A stretch of DNA of 63,992 nucleotides, filler included, from Chrysochromulina tobinii (taxonomy: Eukaryota), in the NCBI GenBank assembly GCA_001275005.1. It is 8 parts of 8 records of this genome, joined end to end, with 100 filler letters (N's around TTAATTAATTAA, not from the genome) between each part and the next. Parts side by side here need not be neighbours in the genome. Positions count along the whole stretch, not along the records: positions 21,668 to 39,260 come from JWZX01000356.1; positions 39,361 to 49,521 come from JWZX01000357.1; 6 more parts are not named here. The stretch is one strand, 5' to 3'. The notes under the pieces were generated by a model, which was not told where the DNA came from, ran no database searches, and saw only the letters and a program-made list of their open reading frames with translations. A program made the translations under genes and the position numbers. Of this stretch, positions 33,509-45,802 are shown in pieces; within the stretch, counting starts at the first letter, position 1, and every line of letters starts with the position of its first letter.

Positions 33509-34640
33509 GGCTGAGAGTCGTGAGGCCGGGCATCGCGGTTCGCGCGCGCCGTCGCACATAGTCCACCTTCTGACTTCAACTACTCCAACTGTACACGGCC
33601 GACCTTGATGTGTCGGGTATGGTACCAATGGTACCGCTATAGAGTCAGAGCTTATAGTCGGTGACGGTGTGTACTCGTACTAGAGGTCGAGTCAGAACTG
33701 ACAACTGTCGAATACTCATGATGCCATCATCTTCTATCATACAGTCGTTCAAAGCCTAAGTACGGAGGCGAAAATTAGAATTACCTGAGTACTAGTAAGA
33801 AGGTCCCCCTGTATACATGTCCCCCTCGGATGGTCAAAAAGTGCGCCGATATTCTATCATGCTGTCGACCATCGCGCGCGGCGCTGTCTTCCCGCTCCAG
33901 CTGTTCTTTGTATGGTTATTGAAGAGGTATTGAGTTGGTTTGCCTTTTATTCTTCCCCAATCCCTGACCAGACGCAGACCGGGCATTCCCAAGCCCCCGG
34001 TTTTGCTTTTGGAAGTTATATAAAAGGCGGACCACGTTAGTTATCGTCACGCGATAACGGATTAACGTAAGCTGTTTTTGATCGTCTTCTCTCACTGTGC
34101 ATCATACACCGTTAAAGGGACAGTTGGTATGAACGGGCTAGAAGCAGCCGCTCGAGACGATGGCCAAGCGGGCCGGGCCGGCTCTGAGGTCTGAGCTCCG
34201 CCCGCCTATTCTTACCCCTATTCTAGACAGTACAGATCCGGGAGCGGGGTGGGGCACGACAAACCGAAAACGCGGTGAGAGAGCCGCCTTGCGCGGCGAC
34301 CTCACAAAGGCGCGTGACACCTCAGCGCGACAAGACAGGCGACGCGCCCTCTTTGTTCGCTTTCCACAGTAACTGTTCGGACTGTGGGGTTTACTTATGG
34401 TATGTGGCCCTGCATGCATGCGTACGATTCATCGCCCGCCCGCCGGCGCGCTCTGCTCGTATACTGCTCGTAGGGCGGCCGCGCCTCCGCCCAAGTTGCG
34501 TTGCTTGATCATGCGCACTGCCCTTTTCGTTGATATGGCTTCGGATGAAAAACGATCAACGTGGTCTCTCGCAGCCGGAGCTGCCAACCGAGCTCGGCCG
34601 TGTGCACAAAGCGTTCACACCACCCCCAGTCCTCAAACGC

Positions 34641-37588
34641 TCAAGGCCGCCGCGGCCGCGGCGTCGCGGACCTGTAGTGGAAAGGTGCGGGGGCGCCACC
34701 CGGCACGTCCTTGAGGCACCGGAATCCCACAGTGGCCGCGCGTGAGTAGCTGCGCAATCCCTGCTGCGCGAGCCACCGATTGTGCGTGTTGAGCTCCAAG
34801 GAGGGCTGAAAGTACCAATCAAACTTGACGCCTTCGGAGCCGTTGGTGCCGGGCACATACGAGGAGCTCCCGCGCAAGATCACCGAGCGCGTGTGCGAGT
34901 CCACGAAGTGCGTCGCCGTCCACTGCCACACGTTGCCCACCACGTCCGCCATCCCAAATGGCGACTTGCCATCGAAGGCATCGACCGGCGCGGGCCCCGT
35001 CCACGAGATGTTGCGAGATCCGTCCGGCTTCTCCCTTTTCGGGAAGCGCCTCGTGTCGAGCACATCGCCCCAAGGGTAGCGGCGCGTGGAGTTACCCTGT
35101 GCTGAGTACTGCCACTCGTACGTGGTCGGCAGCCGCTTGCCGAGCGCGCGGCAGTACTCGTCAGCCTCTTCGTGAGACACCCCCGTGACAGGCAGCGCAC
35201 CAGTCCCAGAGGGGAAGTCCGGAGGGAACGTCCATGCGCCGCCGACGGCCTGGTCGCTCCGCGCAGCTTGCTCAGCTGCTGGCTTCCATTGGGGCAAGAA
35301 GCCACGCATGTCGACGGGACGATATCCTGAGGTCAACAGATACCGCCGGTACGCCTCGCGCGTCACCGGCGTCCGATCGATCCAAAAAGGGCCCAAATCG
35401 AGCACGGCCCGGTGGTTACGTCTCGGGTGGCTCTCCCACGGGAACTGGACATCGTTGCCCGCGTCGTCTGCGGCCTCCATTCCGCACTGGCAGTCGACCA
35501 CCTGCGGCGGGTTGGCGCCCTCCCAACGAGAGCACTCGTCGCGGCAGCATACGCCTTCCGGGTCGTCGTTCGGGTCGCACCCTCCCTCGACCTCCACGCC
35601 CGCGACGGCAAAGAGCCACCGTTCGTTTCGAGGCACCGCCACCATTTCTGGCGGGGGAGGCTCGGCTGCGGAAGCGAGCTCACTGCTCGGCACCGGCTCC
35701 ATCGTCTGCGTGAGCGGTCGCCACGTGTCATCCAGCTGCGCGAGTGGCACGGCGCTCATCGCGCGCATCTTCGTCATCAGGCTGGCGAGGGCGGGCGGCG
35801 GCGTCGTCGATCCGTTACGAATCTCGACGATCGCCCCAAACCCATAAGCCTCAAGCTCAAAGCTCAGCTCCACACTCGCGCGGGATGAAGCCGGCGCGGC
35901 CGGCGACGTGACGGGCGTGACGGGCGCGCCCGCGGCAGCACGAGCGCTACGCACCACGCGAGTCGGCCGGAGCAGCACGCCGTGGTAAGCGTCCACGAAG
36001 ATCGAGCTGTCCGCTCGTCCGTGGTCGCCGTCCTCGAGGCGGAGCACGGGCCCTGAGCTGTCCTTGTCGCCCGCGTTCACAAGGAGCCCAGAGTCGGCTG
36101 CCCGTCGCCTCACCTGCCCGTCGCCTCACTACCCGCCATCTGCTGCTCGAAGCGCGAAGCGTGCACGGCCTCTCCGAGCGCCTCGGTCGTGTGCGGCACC
36201 CAGCCCGACGCGGGCGCATAGTTGCGCGTAAAGTTGTGCTCGCCAAAGAAGCGCAGCAGCGTCGCGACACGGCGGATGGACTCGGCATCCCGTGAGGTCA
36301 TGCCGTTCCATAGCCCCCACACATTCTCCCACGACTCGTACCCGTTGGCATTGAAGAAGGCGAGCTGCAGCGCCGGTACGCGCCGCTTACGCCAGCGGTC
36401 GGTCACGTGGGTGAGGTGGCGCCCTTGCGGCTCGAGCCACTTGGCGCGATCGACGCCCGGTGCAGCCAGGTAAACGGTCGTCTCGTTGTCCGACTTCGCA
36501 GTGCCTAGCCAGCAGTAGCCCCAGCCCAGGGGAGACCAGTTGGTCGCGCTCCACTGTGCCGCGTCGGCGCTCGTGTTCGTGTCCGGGTAGCCGCCCCCCT
36601 CGGGCTCGATTGCGAGCGCTCGACCTGCCGCGAGCCCCGCCGCGTAAAACGAGCGCGAGACACGCTGGATAGTGTCGCCGTTCACGCCGTCCGTCTGCAG
36701 CTGAACGCTGAGCTCCGCGAGGGTCGTCTCGTCGGGCGTGGACTCGCGGCGCGTCGCCGTATCCCATGGGTTGTACGGGAGGAGCACGTGCACGCCGCGC
36801 GCGTGGAACGTCTCGATCGCGCCCCTCAGCTCGGCCAACCGAATGAGGTCATACTGGTTTCGCTCGTCGAGACCCAAATTTGGGTACGTGGGCCAGAGCA
36901 GCACCGAGTCGATGCCCCCGTACCGCCGCTCGCAGTCGTCGAGGTAGCGATCGACCGTGTAGTGGGCGCCCGTCTCGTTCCACAGCATGCGATCAAACGT
37001 GTGCACCTGCGGCTGGATGTACGACGTCTGCGTCCATCGCAGCTCGGGCACCTGGTGCACCTCGCCTCCCTCTGCCGGGATCCCGGCCGCGGCACGCGTG
37101 GCCGTCTGCCAAGCACGCAGACCCTCGAGCCACTCGGCGTGGTCCTCGCTCGACGTGGGCGCTGGAAAGAGTGTGTTGCCCGCGCCTTGCCACGGATCCT
37201 GAGGCCAGAGTGGCAGCGCAGGTGGATCGAGCGGTGGCGCGGACGGCGGCAGCGGGCAGGAAAAGAAGCCATCCGGCCGTGGATTGCCAAACGGACCGAC
37301 GCACTCGTGGAGCGGCAGTACGAAGCCATCCGTTCGATTGAAGCAGGAGCCGTTGGTGGAAGAGAAGAAGCTGCGATTGAGATAGTGGCCGTGGCACACG
37401 TCGAAGACGTCGTTACGTCCCCATTGCCTGTCCCCCGGGAAGAGGACCGGCGGTGAGAAGCACTTCGACAACGGGATCTCGTAAATTTTACAATCGGTGG
37501 AGCACGGCGGGTCGGCCGGGCCGCAGAGCGTCATGTTCTCCATCGGCGGTGTGCCGGTGTGAATGCATGAGAAAACGACAAACGTCAC
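34641..37588 (-). CDS. Bacterial-like two-domain protein: putative glycoside-hydrolase-like barrel plus C-terminal FGE/SUMF1-fold domain; frame broken near 36090-36130
   Basis: N part: YTVDRYLDDCERRYGGIDSVLLWPTYPNLGLDERNQ, LPYNPWD, DGVNGDT, IEPEGG, GYESWENVWGLWNG. C part: FWIDRTPVT, LPVTGVSHEEADEYC, KRLPTTYEWQYSAQG, GMADVVGNVWQWT, ILRGSS, TVGFRC. The start is uncertain. It may be a pseudogene or an assembly error. Confidence 0.72.
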
Positions 37589-37753
37589 TCTGGAGCGGGT
37601 CTCTTGCGCACTTCAGTCCGCACCATAACAAGCTGATTCGGGCGCATGCAATGCATTTCCAAACGACCCGTTCTGGGTCCGAGCGCAACTGTTGAGAGAG
37701 ACATGTTGTTGGGCCACTCCCAGCTCCTCATCTAGACCTTCTTGTGGGAGCAC

Positions 37754-38906
37754 ATGAGCGACTGGATCAAGGATGAAATCGAGGAGAGCGACTCAACCTC
37801 GACCGCGATCGTCCACGACTTTATCGACGAGGTCGAGGCGATGCCCGCCGGCCCGCCGGCCTTCGCCGCTGGTGCGGTACCATCGGCGTCACCTCGCGGA
37901 GACGCATGTGCACCATCCACCCGAGGCGACGCGGTGGTCTCCTTCGTGCCTTCGCCCCCTCCTTCGCGTATGGTCAGCGTATGGTCACCATACAGGAGCA
38001 AGGCTACGAAGAAGGTCGCACCTTCGGATGAACCCACCACCGCACCTGCCAAGGCTGCCCCCGCACCCGCAGTCAACTTGTTCAAGCGCAGCTTCATGTT
38101 TGGTACCTCTGTACAAGGAGGAGAAGAAATTTCGCACCATATGTTAGCCTCTCTGGACGAGGCCTTTAGATTCTTCGACTTGGTATGTGCCAACTTGCTC
38201 CCTCCCAGCCATGTGCACTGCGAGCACGCGTGATGGCCTTTACCGTGGGGGCTACGTGGGGCGTATCACGGATAAGCACAGCCGCCTGGTGACCGCGCCA
38301 CTGACAAGAAGACATTGCTATATTGCTTCGCAGGATGGCAACGGGACGATTAGCAAAGACGAGCTGCGAGCTGTCCTTGAGTCGTTCGGAGAGAAGCCCG
38401 ACGAGGACGATCTGCAGAAGATGATGAAAGAATGCGACTCGAATGATTCGGACACCATCGACTTCCAGGAGTTTTGCACGCTCATGGGTACGTATAGACG
38501 GCTGCGTGCAGCGCGCGCATGCATTGCGCACACAAGCATGCATCCTGCTGCATTTGTGCTTCGAAAACACAAAGAAAGCACATATGCAAGAGCTCCTGCA
38601 TGTGTGCATGTGCAAGCTCGGCGACTCACTGGAACACATGCGGCTCGGTGCTTTCTTCGCACAGTCACACGCATGAACGACATTGACGACCCCATAGTCC
38701 TGGAAGAAGCTTTCCAGATGTTTGACAAGGACGGCAACGGACAAATCTCAAGGGCGGAGCTCAGGCTTGCCTTCCAAAACATTCTGCAGACCACCGAGGA
38801 GGACCTGCCTCTGACAGAGATGGAGGACATGCTCAGGGAATTCGACAGGAATGGCGACGGGAACATCAACTTCGCAGAGTTCAAGCAGTATATGATGGAG
38901 GATTGA
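37754..38906 (+). CDS. Calmodulin/centrin-like 4-EF-hand protein with N-terminal extension (introns 38183-38333, 38488-38664), ~274 aa
   Basis: After splicing the two GT-AG introns the loops are DLDGNGTISKDE, DSNDSDTIDFQE, DKDGNGQISRAE and DRNGDGNINFAE. Confidence 0.88.
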
Positions 38907-39360
38907 TAAGGAGGTATGATGATAGCGGTGAGACAGCAGCCTACATGTATTTGGGCCACGAGGCTACGACGAGAGGCTGAGCAAGAGAGCAACCGAAGAG
39001 AGCAGTATTTTGAGATGCATGGCCTCCACACTCTCTCGGCTTTTGGCAGAGAGACATGTAGACGCAGAGCGTGGTACTAGCGTGGTACAATGTCAAGGCC
39101 AGCCTATGGTCAGCGTGCCTGCGTGGTACATGCATCTCGCGTCGTGTTCCGCCCGCCGGCAGTTACTAGCCGGCACATAGATCCCGAGTGAGAGGGTCCC
39201 GCCCTGGACCCTCTGGGGGTCCGGCTGGACCCCTGGACCCTCTGGACCCTCCTCTGGACCNNNNNNNNNNNNNNNNNNNNNNNNNNNNNNNNNNNNNNNN
39301 NNNNTTAATTAATTAANNNNNNNNNNNNNNNNNNNNNNNNNNNNNNNNNNNNNNNNNNNN

Positions 39361-42300
39361 GGCGGAGGCGGCGGAGGTGACGTCGGCGGGAGCGAAGGTG
39401 GCGAGGGCGACGGAGGCGGGGGAGGCGAAGGCGTCCGGTGACGGCGACGGAGGGGTTGGGGGAGGCAGGGCCGGAGGCGGTGATGGCTCGGGCGTCGAAG
39501 GCGCCGGAGGCGGCGGCGGCGACGGGTCCGGCGAGAGCGCCGGCGGCGGCAGCGATGGAGGAGGTGTGGTGGGTGGAGGAGGAGGCGAGGGCGAAGGAGG
39601 GGGCGGTGGTGACGGCTCAGGGGACGGCGGCGGCGACGACGGCGGCGGTGGCGGCGGCGGCGGCGATGGCTCTGGTGGGCCCGGCGATGGCGGCGGCGGG
39701 GGAGAAGGCGGGGGGCTCCGCGGTGGAGGAGTCGCTGGCGGCGTCCCGGGTGGTGGACGCGGAGGGGGGAGATCTGGTGTTGGCGGCGGCGGTGGTGAAG
39801 GCTCAGGTGATGGTGGAGGAGCCACTGGGCTGGGCGGCGGCACCGAAGGTGGTGGCGGCGCCGGTGGCAACGATGGCGGGGGGGAAGGTGGCAATGAGGG
39901 AGGCGGCGAGGGCGGAGGCGACATCGTGACCGACAGTCCCGCAGGCACTGCAGCCGACGGGTCGATGGCCACCCGAGCTTGGACGCTAACGCTCATGTTC
40001 AACGTCGAACCAGGGCACGATACATTAGCAAGAACCGACATCGTCTCGTTGAGCAACTGCAAGATAGCCTCAGCAGCAGCCGATCCGCCGATGGCAAGTG
40101 TGGGCGAGGCGATGACGATGCTCACGGTCTCTGTACAGACCTCGGATGACCCCTGCAGCTGACGGCGACGAGATTGAACGTCGTCGAAAGCAAAGTGCTC
40201 GTGATCGAGGATGCGAAGACGCGCTCCCGACGGAAGCACCCCGCTGAGCTGGCGACGTCCAGAGCCCGTCGGCGCTGAAGGTGCTCCATACATCCCAGGG
40301 GCAGGCGCGTAGATGTAGTACGAGCCTGGTGGCGGCGGCGGAGTACGTGGGTTGTTCGAATAGTACGTCGCTGCTGGCGGTGGTAGGGCCGGCAGGCTCG
40401 GCGATCCCTGCGTGGTGGAGGAAGCCGTTCCCGGTGGCGTAGATGGCGACGGTGCCATGCCAAGCGTGGGCGGTGGCGTAGATGGCAACGGTGCCATGCC
40501 AAGCGGGGGAGATCCGGGTGAAAAAGCTGGGAACAGCGGCGGTGGGGACTTCGGCGCCGCTGCGGGAAATGCTGGCGGCGGAGACTTCGGCGCCGCTGCG
40601 GGAAATGATGGAGGTGGCTTAGCCGGCGACGTCGTGGGGTTCAGTGGCGGCGTTGGCGGCGCAGGTGGCGGGGGCGAAGCCGGCGACGTTGTGGGGTTCA
40701 GTGGCGGCGCAGGTGGCGGTGATGGAGGTGGTGGCGAGAAAGGAGGAAGTGGCGGTGAGGCGGGTGGCGGTGGTGCACCTGGCGGCAGAGGTGGCTCCGC
40801 TGGAGGTGACGGCTGGAATGGTGGTGACGCAGGCGGCGGTGGTATCGACGGCGGCGAGGGCTCTCTCGGCGGCGGCGGTGCGGGCGGGGACGAGGGCGAG
40901 GGCGGGGCCGGAGGTGGAGGAACCGGAGATGGAGTAGACGGAGGGGGGGGAGTCGGGGAGGGAGATGGCGGAGAGGGAGAGGGAGATGTCGACGGTGGCG
41001 GCGAGGGAGATGGCGGTGAGGGGAAGGGAGGTGGAGGCGATGGAGGCGGGGGAGACCCCGAGGGTGGGGGAAAACCGCGGTTGGTGGTGACGTCGCCGGC
41101 GGCGGCAAAGCGAGCGCAGGAGGGGGTGGAAGGGCGGCCGGATTCGGCGTGCTGCCCATCCCGAGTGCTGCCTGCAGCGCAGCAAGCCCAGACGGACTGA
41201 GCTGAGTCTGGATGTTGAGCCCCACATTGAGAGCCGTGCTGGCAGTGGACCCGCCGGCAGTAACACTCCCGATGGAGGAGGTTGCGCTCAACACGTCGTT
41301 CGTGAGCTGACCAGCGCATGCTGCCCCGTTAGTGCAGGCATCGCCTTGTACGCCAACGGATGCGAACGTTGGGGGCGGCGGCAGGCTTGGCGGTGGAGGT
41401 GCAGTTGGCGGGCTCGGAGGAGCAGCCCCTGGAGGAAACGGTGGGGCCGACGGAGGGCTGGGTGGCATGCTCGGCCGCGGCCTGCTCGGTGGTGGGGACG
41501 GTTCGGGAGCGAACGGTGATGGCGGCGGCGGCGGAGAAGGCGGGGGGCTCCGCGGTGGAGGGGTGCTTGGCGGCCGTAGCGGGGGTGGAGACGGAGGGGG
41601 AGAATCTGGCGACGGCGGTGGAGGCGGCGACGGCTCTGGAGATAGTGATAGCTCTGGAGACGGTGGTGGAACACCGCTGGCCGGGGTGTAACCTCCTGCC
41701 AGCTGGAGCCGACGCTGCATCGTCATCGGTTGCTTCAGCATCGCCGTGATGTGCGCAGCGGAGCAGGTAGCCTGCTCGGCTGCGGGCAGCTTCTTGGAGC
41801 CAGCAAAGTGAAGAACAGTGTAGTCTTCGACGTCTACCGTGTCCATGTCACTGGCCTCGAAGTCTTGCCAGGTCAGAAAGCCGAGGCCATCGAGGATCGT
41901 GCCCTCCGGCCAGCACTCGACCTGACCAGCAAGGGCGAGGTATGCGACGCCGAGACCGAAGCTGATCGTATTGGGGGCAAAGAAGGCGAAGTGCTCATTG
42001 GCGACGAACCAGCGCTCGAAGCGCCGATCTATCCCCGACGCGCGCCAGCGATCGAGGTGCACGAGCGTGATGCCGAAGTTCCAGGCAGTCTCGTTGCGAA
42101 ATGTGTTCAAGCCGCTGATCTCGGAATGGAGTTGCGTGAGCTTTGGCTCGAGCGCGCCGGGGGCGCAACGTTTCTGCACCGTGACGACTGCCTTGTCGCA
42201 GTCGCCACTCGCACAGGGCAGAGCAACGACGCCGATCGTGCCGAGGAATGACGTGTCTTCCTCGTCGTCCTCCGCGTCGTCCTCGTCTGCGCAGATCGGG

Positions 42301-43034
42301 TAGCCTGCGGGGGCGCCGATCGTGCCGAGGAAAGGCGTGTCTGCATACGTATACTCCCCCGTGCGAATGCGGAATCCACCACGTGACGAGTCCCACTGCT
42401 GCATCTGGCACGACGCAATGACGGCCGGGCCATGTGCGCTGCGCCCTGGGCTATCGACCGGACCCGCATGGTAGAGCTCGCGAAGATCGTCCTGCACGCA
42501 CACGTCGTCGTCGAAGAGCAGCACGCGCCCATGCTGCATCTGGGGCAACAGCGGCAAGTAAAAACGGAGCAAGTTCAGCGGGTGCGAGTGCTTCGGATCG
42601 GAGTCGGACGCGGGGTCGCGGAGTGACCAGAGTGTGCGGCGCGGATCACCCCCGACGCCCTTGCGAAACGCCGACCGCATCCATACGGGCGTGACGCCGC
42701 GCTCCTCGAGGGCCATCTCCGCATCCAGCAGGGTCGTCACGCGCACCGAATGCCGATGGGGGACGCCCTCGAGGGGGTCGTCCTGCATCAGGCGCTCGAT
42801 GCGCTCCGTATCGGTTGTGAAGAGGTCCCACGAGATGCAGGTCCGCGGCGACGCCGACGCGTGCGCACTCCGAAGGACCGCGAGCATCATCTCGGGGCGG
42901 TCGCTCAAAATGCACGCCCGCACCGTGTCAGCGGGGGAGCATCCGGGCGCGAATGTCGGGGGAGGATCGGTGCTCCGAGCCCCCGTGATGGCGCCGGCGA
43001 GCAGCGCCCAAAGGGCCACGAATGGACGCCCCAT
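39361..43034 (-). CDS. GT8 galacturonosyltransferase (GAUT-like) fused to a long Ser-Pro(n) extensin-like region; frameshifts near 41070 and 39436, 3' truncated
   Basis: Signal MGRPFVALWALLAGA; HPLNLLRFYLP, RVLLFDDDVCVQDDL, AWNFGITLVHLDRWR, VLHFAGSKKLP. SPPPP tracts follow. The frame continues in ORF 39313-41319 if one C is restored in the TTTTCCCCC run. Confidence 0.75.
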
Positions 43035-43438
43035 GGAACCTCAGGAAACAGGCAAGCGTCTTGCTCTTTCCAAGGACCGTGGTTTGTCGCGGATGCCGGA
43101 TCCCCTAGACGCTTCTGTGGGATTGAGCGACGACCGATCTCAAGACAAATTTGGGAGTAAGTTTTGCGAAACGCAGCGCCGGGGAGTTGGCATACCTCTG
43201 GCGCCGTCCGAACCACATGGCGCGACTTGGGACTTTAATTACGAGTGTGACGCAGAGGGGGAACGGTTACGCGTCGCTGAGGCAGCTCCTGGTTCCGGGA
43301 GTTTCGTTAAGTTTGGGACGAGTTTGCGAAAAGCGGCGCGCGCGCGGCATACCGCTGCGCGGTCCGGACAACAGTGCGCGTCGTGGGCTGCAGCCTCAGA
43401 GGAGGAGGCGCTGTCTCTCATCACTGGTGAACTGTCAG

Positions 43439-45802
43439 ATGTTCAACTTTTTCCGACCAACGGGAGGATCCACACCGAGTTCGTGGAAGGAAGACGACCA
43501 GCGCCGACAAGACAAACCTGAAAACAAACCCAAGCGCTCCCCTCAAAAGTCTCCATCCGACATCCATGCTCTGCCAGCACCGAATTCTCTGCCAGCCCCA
43601 TCTCGTCAGCCGCCACCGCAGGGCGAAGCGCTCAAACGGCCAGACCCCATTGCGGACAGCCCCGCTCCCCGAAGCTCGAAACCAACAGGCGTGCGCGCTC
43701 AGGAATCATGCGTTGCAGAGGTTAGGTCAGACCGAAAACCAACAGGCGTTCGCGCTCAGGAATCACGCGTTGCAGACCAAAGGTCAGACCGAATAAAAAC
43801 GCCAGCGGATAGCCCAGCTCCCCGAAGCTCGAAATCAACTGGCGTACGCGCTCAGGAAGAAGATGCGCCTCGACGTGTCATCACGGCCGCCAATTTTGGA
43901 TGTGAGCAGCCATCAAAGCGTCCGGCATGCCGTTCGCCCACTGCTCTCATGGAGGCCATCCAATCTTTAATTGTGGAGGCTGACATGGAAGAGCTGCGTG
44001 CGTCGTCACACATGATTCGATCCGACGCCGGGAGAGCCGCGCCGTCATCTCGGCTGCCCTTGCCTCGGCTTGAGTCCGAATCAGCGGGGAGAAACTCACA
44101 AGCTGTCCCGTCAGCAGCAACATTAGCAGCAAAAGCAGCAGCACCGATCGGTGTGGCTTCCACAGCGACGGCCGATGCCATCGCAAGGAGTAGACGGCCA
44201 ATTTCAAGTGCATCGGTGCAGCAAGGTACGCCCGAGAAGCCAACATCGGCAGCAGAACCTCCAGGGGTCGAAGAAGACATACGAGTATTGCGGGCTTTGT
44301 TTGCAAATGAGTTGACTGTTGCAGCGATCCCAACATCAACCTTGTCACCATCATCCCCATCATCAGGGTCCGCGCACGCATTCGAAACAGGAGCTGCGCC
44401 TGCAGATGCGGCTGCAGATGCGCCTTCCGCAGCCTCGCTAGTACCGGTGCACGCAGATTCAGCTATCGTTCCTGTGGAGCCTATGCCGATGCCCACGCTC
44501 GCTGGGGCGGCTGCGAACGAAGGCGCGCCAACAATCGCATCCGTGCCTGCGCCTGCGCCAGCGTCGACGCTTGAGTGTACCCGACCACAGGCAACGAACC
44601 AGTCTCGGTCGAACCCGGACGACGTCGTAAGGGCCGACGACACGCACGCAGGAGCAAGCGGCTCCAAGCGATACGAGGTGTCGCGCACACGTGGAGCAGC
44701 GGACCCGACTGTCGCCGAGGGCATGCAAGCATCGGGAAGCTCGATGCAATCTACGCCCTTCTATGCTGGGCAGCCTCTACCGAACGCGTGTGCAACACCA
44801 CCACCTGCTTGGGAGCAGGCGAAAAAGAGCATCATGGCCGAGAGGGGAGCTCAGCTACCATCTGCCATCCCCGTCGAATCCACGAGCGCTGATGAGGAGG
44901 ATGGCCAAGGCAGCGTTGGTGGAGGGCTGCCGACGCCCGATCGGATTCGGACTGCGTCGGCGGAGGACTCATTCGCTATTCTCAAGACAGAGGAAATCAA
45001 CTCTGACCCGTTGCTTGTGGAGTCGGCGCTCGCTCGCCTTGGGTCTCTATGCAGCGCACGCCAAGCGGCGAAGGCCCGGTCGCTTCCTCTGCTCGCCGAT
45101 GGCATCGGGAGCATCGTGCGGGTGCTCGATGCGCATGGCGAATCGGAGAGCGTGCAGGCGGCGGGGTGCAGCCTCATCAGTCGCCTTGCAAGCAACGAGG
45201 CTCGAAAGCAGGAGGCAGTTGATGCTGGCGCGTTCGGTGCCATCCAAGCGGCTTTCAGCAGACACACGGCATCTGTGCGAGTGGCCAAGTGGGGAGGGCT
45301 GGCCGTGCTGAAGCTCACGCAGGACTCTTCGGTTAGGTGTCAGCTGGCCATCGCGGCCGGACTTGGAGACGCGCTGAGCTCCGTGGTCACCGAACTCAGT
45401 CATACGCGTGGAGCACTCAGCAAAGACTGCAATGCCAAGGCGCTGGCAAGCATTCACCTCGCACAGAACTGGCTGCAGTTCCACTCTGACCTTGTAGCTG
45501 GACCAAACCACTTTGTGGTCTTCAGAGATACCGCAGGGCTCCCCTCAAAGGTCGCCCGGAGATACGATGATCCACGAAAGTCGCCGCCTCGCCTGGACTG
45601 GAGCCCTGAGGCGCAGATGCTAGCAGGCACACCCGCCGGTGCGCTGAGGCCACCATTCGAGTGGAGTGTGCGCGGCAGTCCTGTGTTCCCATCGATGAAC
45701 AAGGGTCAGGAGGTGGAGGAGCCAGAACCAAAGGGGTGGGTCGCTTGCTTAAAGCCGTGCCTCACCTCGCTCCGCGAAGAGCGCGCAGCTTCTCGAACGT
45801 AA
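43439..45802 (+). CDS. Hypothetical protein: disordered N-terminal region with short repeats and C-terminal ARM-like repeats
   Basis: ADSPAPRSSKxTGVRAQE repeats. GIGSIVRVLDAHGESESVQAAGCSLISRLA and AGAFGAIQAAFSRHTASVRVAKWGGLAVLKL are ARM-like. The start is uncertain. Confidence 0.55.
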   Translation: MFNFFRPTGGSTPSSWKEDDQRRQDKPENKPKRSPQKSPSDIHALPAPNSLPAPSRQPPPQGEALKRPDPIADSPAPRSSKPTGVRAQESCVAEVRSDRKPTGVRAQESRVADQRSDRIKTPADSPAPRSSKSTGVRAQEEDAPRRVITAANFGCEQPSKRPACRSPTALMEAIQSLIVEADMEELRASSHMIRSDAGRAAPSSRLPLPRLESESAGRNSQAVPSAATLAAKAAAPIGVASTATADAIARSRRPISSASVQQGTPEKPTSAAEPPGVEEDIRVLRALFANELTVAAIPTSTLSPSSPSSGSAHAFETGAAPADAAADAPSAASLVPVHADSAIVPVEPMPMPTLAGAAANEGAPTIASVPAPAPASTLECTRPQATNQSRSNPDDVVRADDTHAGASGSKRYEVSRTRGAADPTVAEGMQASGSSMQSTPFYAGQPLPNACATPPPAWEQAKKSIMAERGAQLPSAIPVESTSADEEDGQGSVGGGLPTPDRIRTASAEDSFAILKTEEINSDPLLVESALARLGSLCSARQAAKARSLPLLADGIGSIVRVLDAHGESESVQAAGCSLISRLASNEARKQEAVDAGAFGAIQAAFSRHTASVRVAKWGGLAVLKLTQDSSVRCQLAIAAGLGDALSSVVTELSHTRGALSKDCNAKALASIHLAQNWLQFHSDLVAGPNHFVVFRDTAGLPSKVARRYDDPRKSPPRLDWSPEAQMLAGTPAGALRPPFEWSVRGSPVFPSMNKGQEVEEPEPKGWVACLKPCLTSLREERAASRT

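Noticed and set aside
33780..34140. AT-rich island with weak CCC...GGG terminal similarity (possible MITE)
   Set aside because: The inverted match is too imperfect, and no target-site duplication or second copy is visible.
41060..41080. Possible programmed -1 frameshift at TTTTCCCCC in the GT8-extensin gene
   Set aside because: A one-base homopolymer error is simpler. It is not a canonical A/U slippery heptamer, and a second indel occurs near 39436 in the same low-complexity gene.
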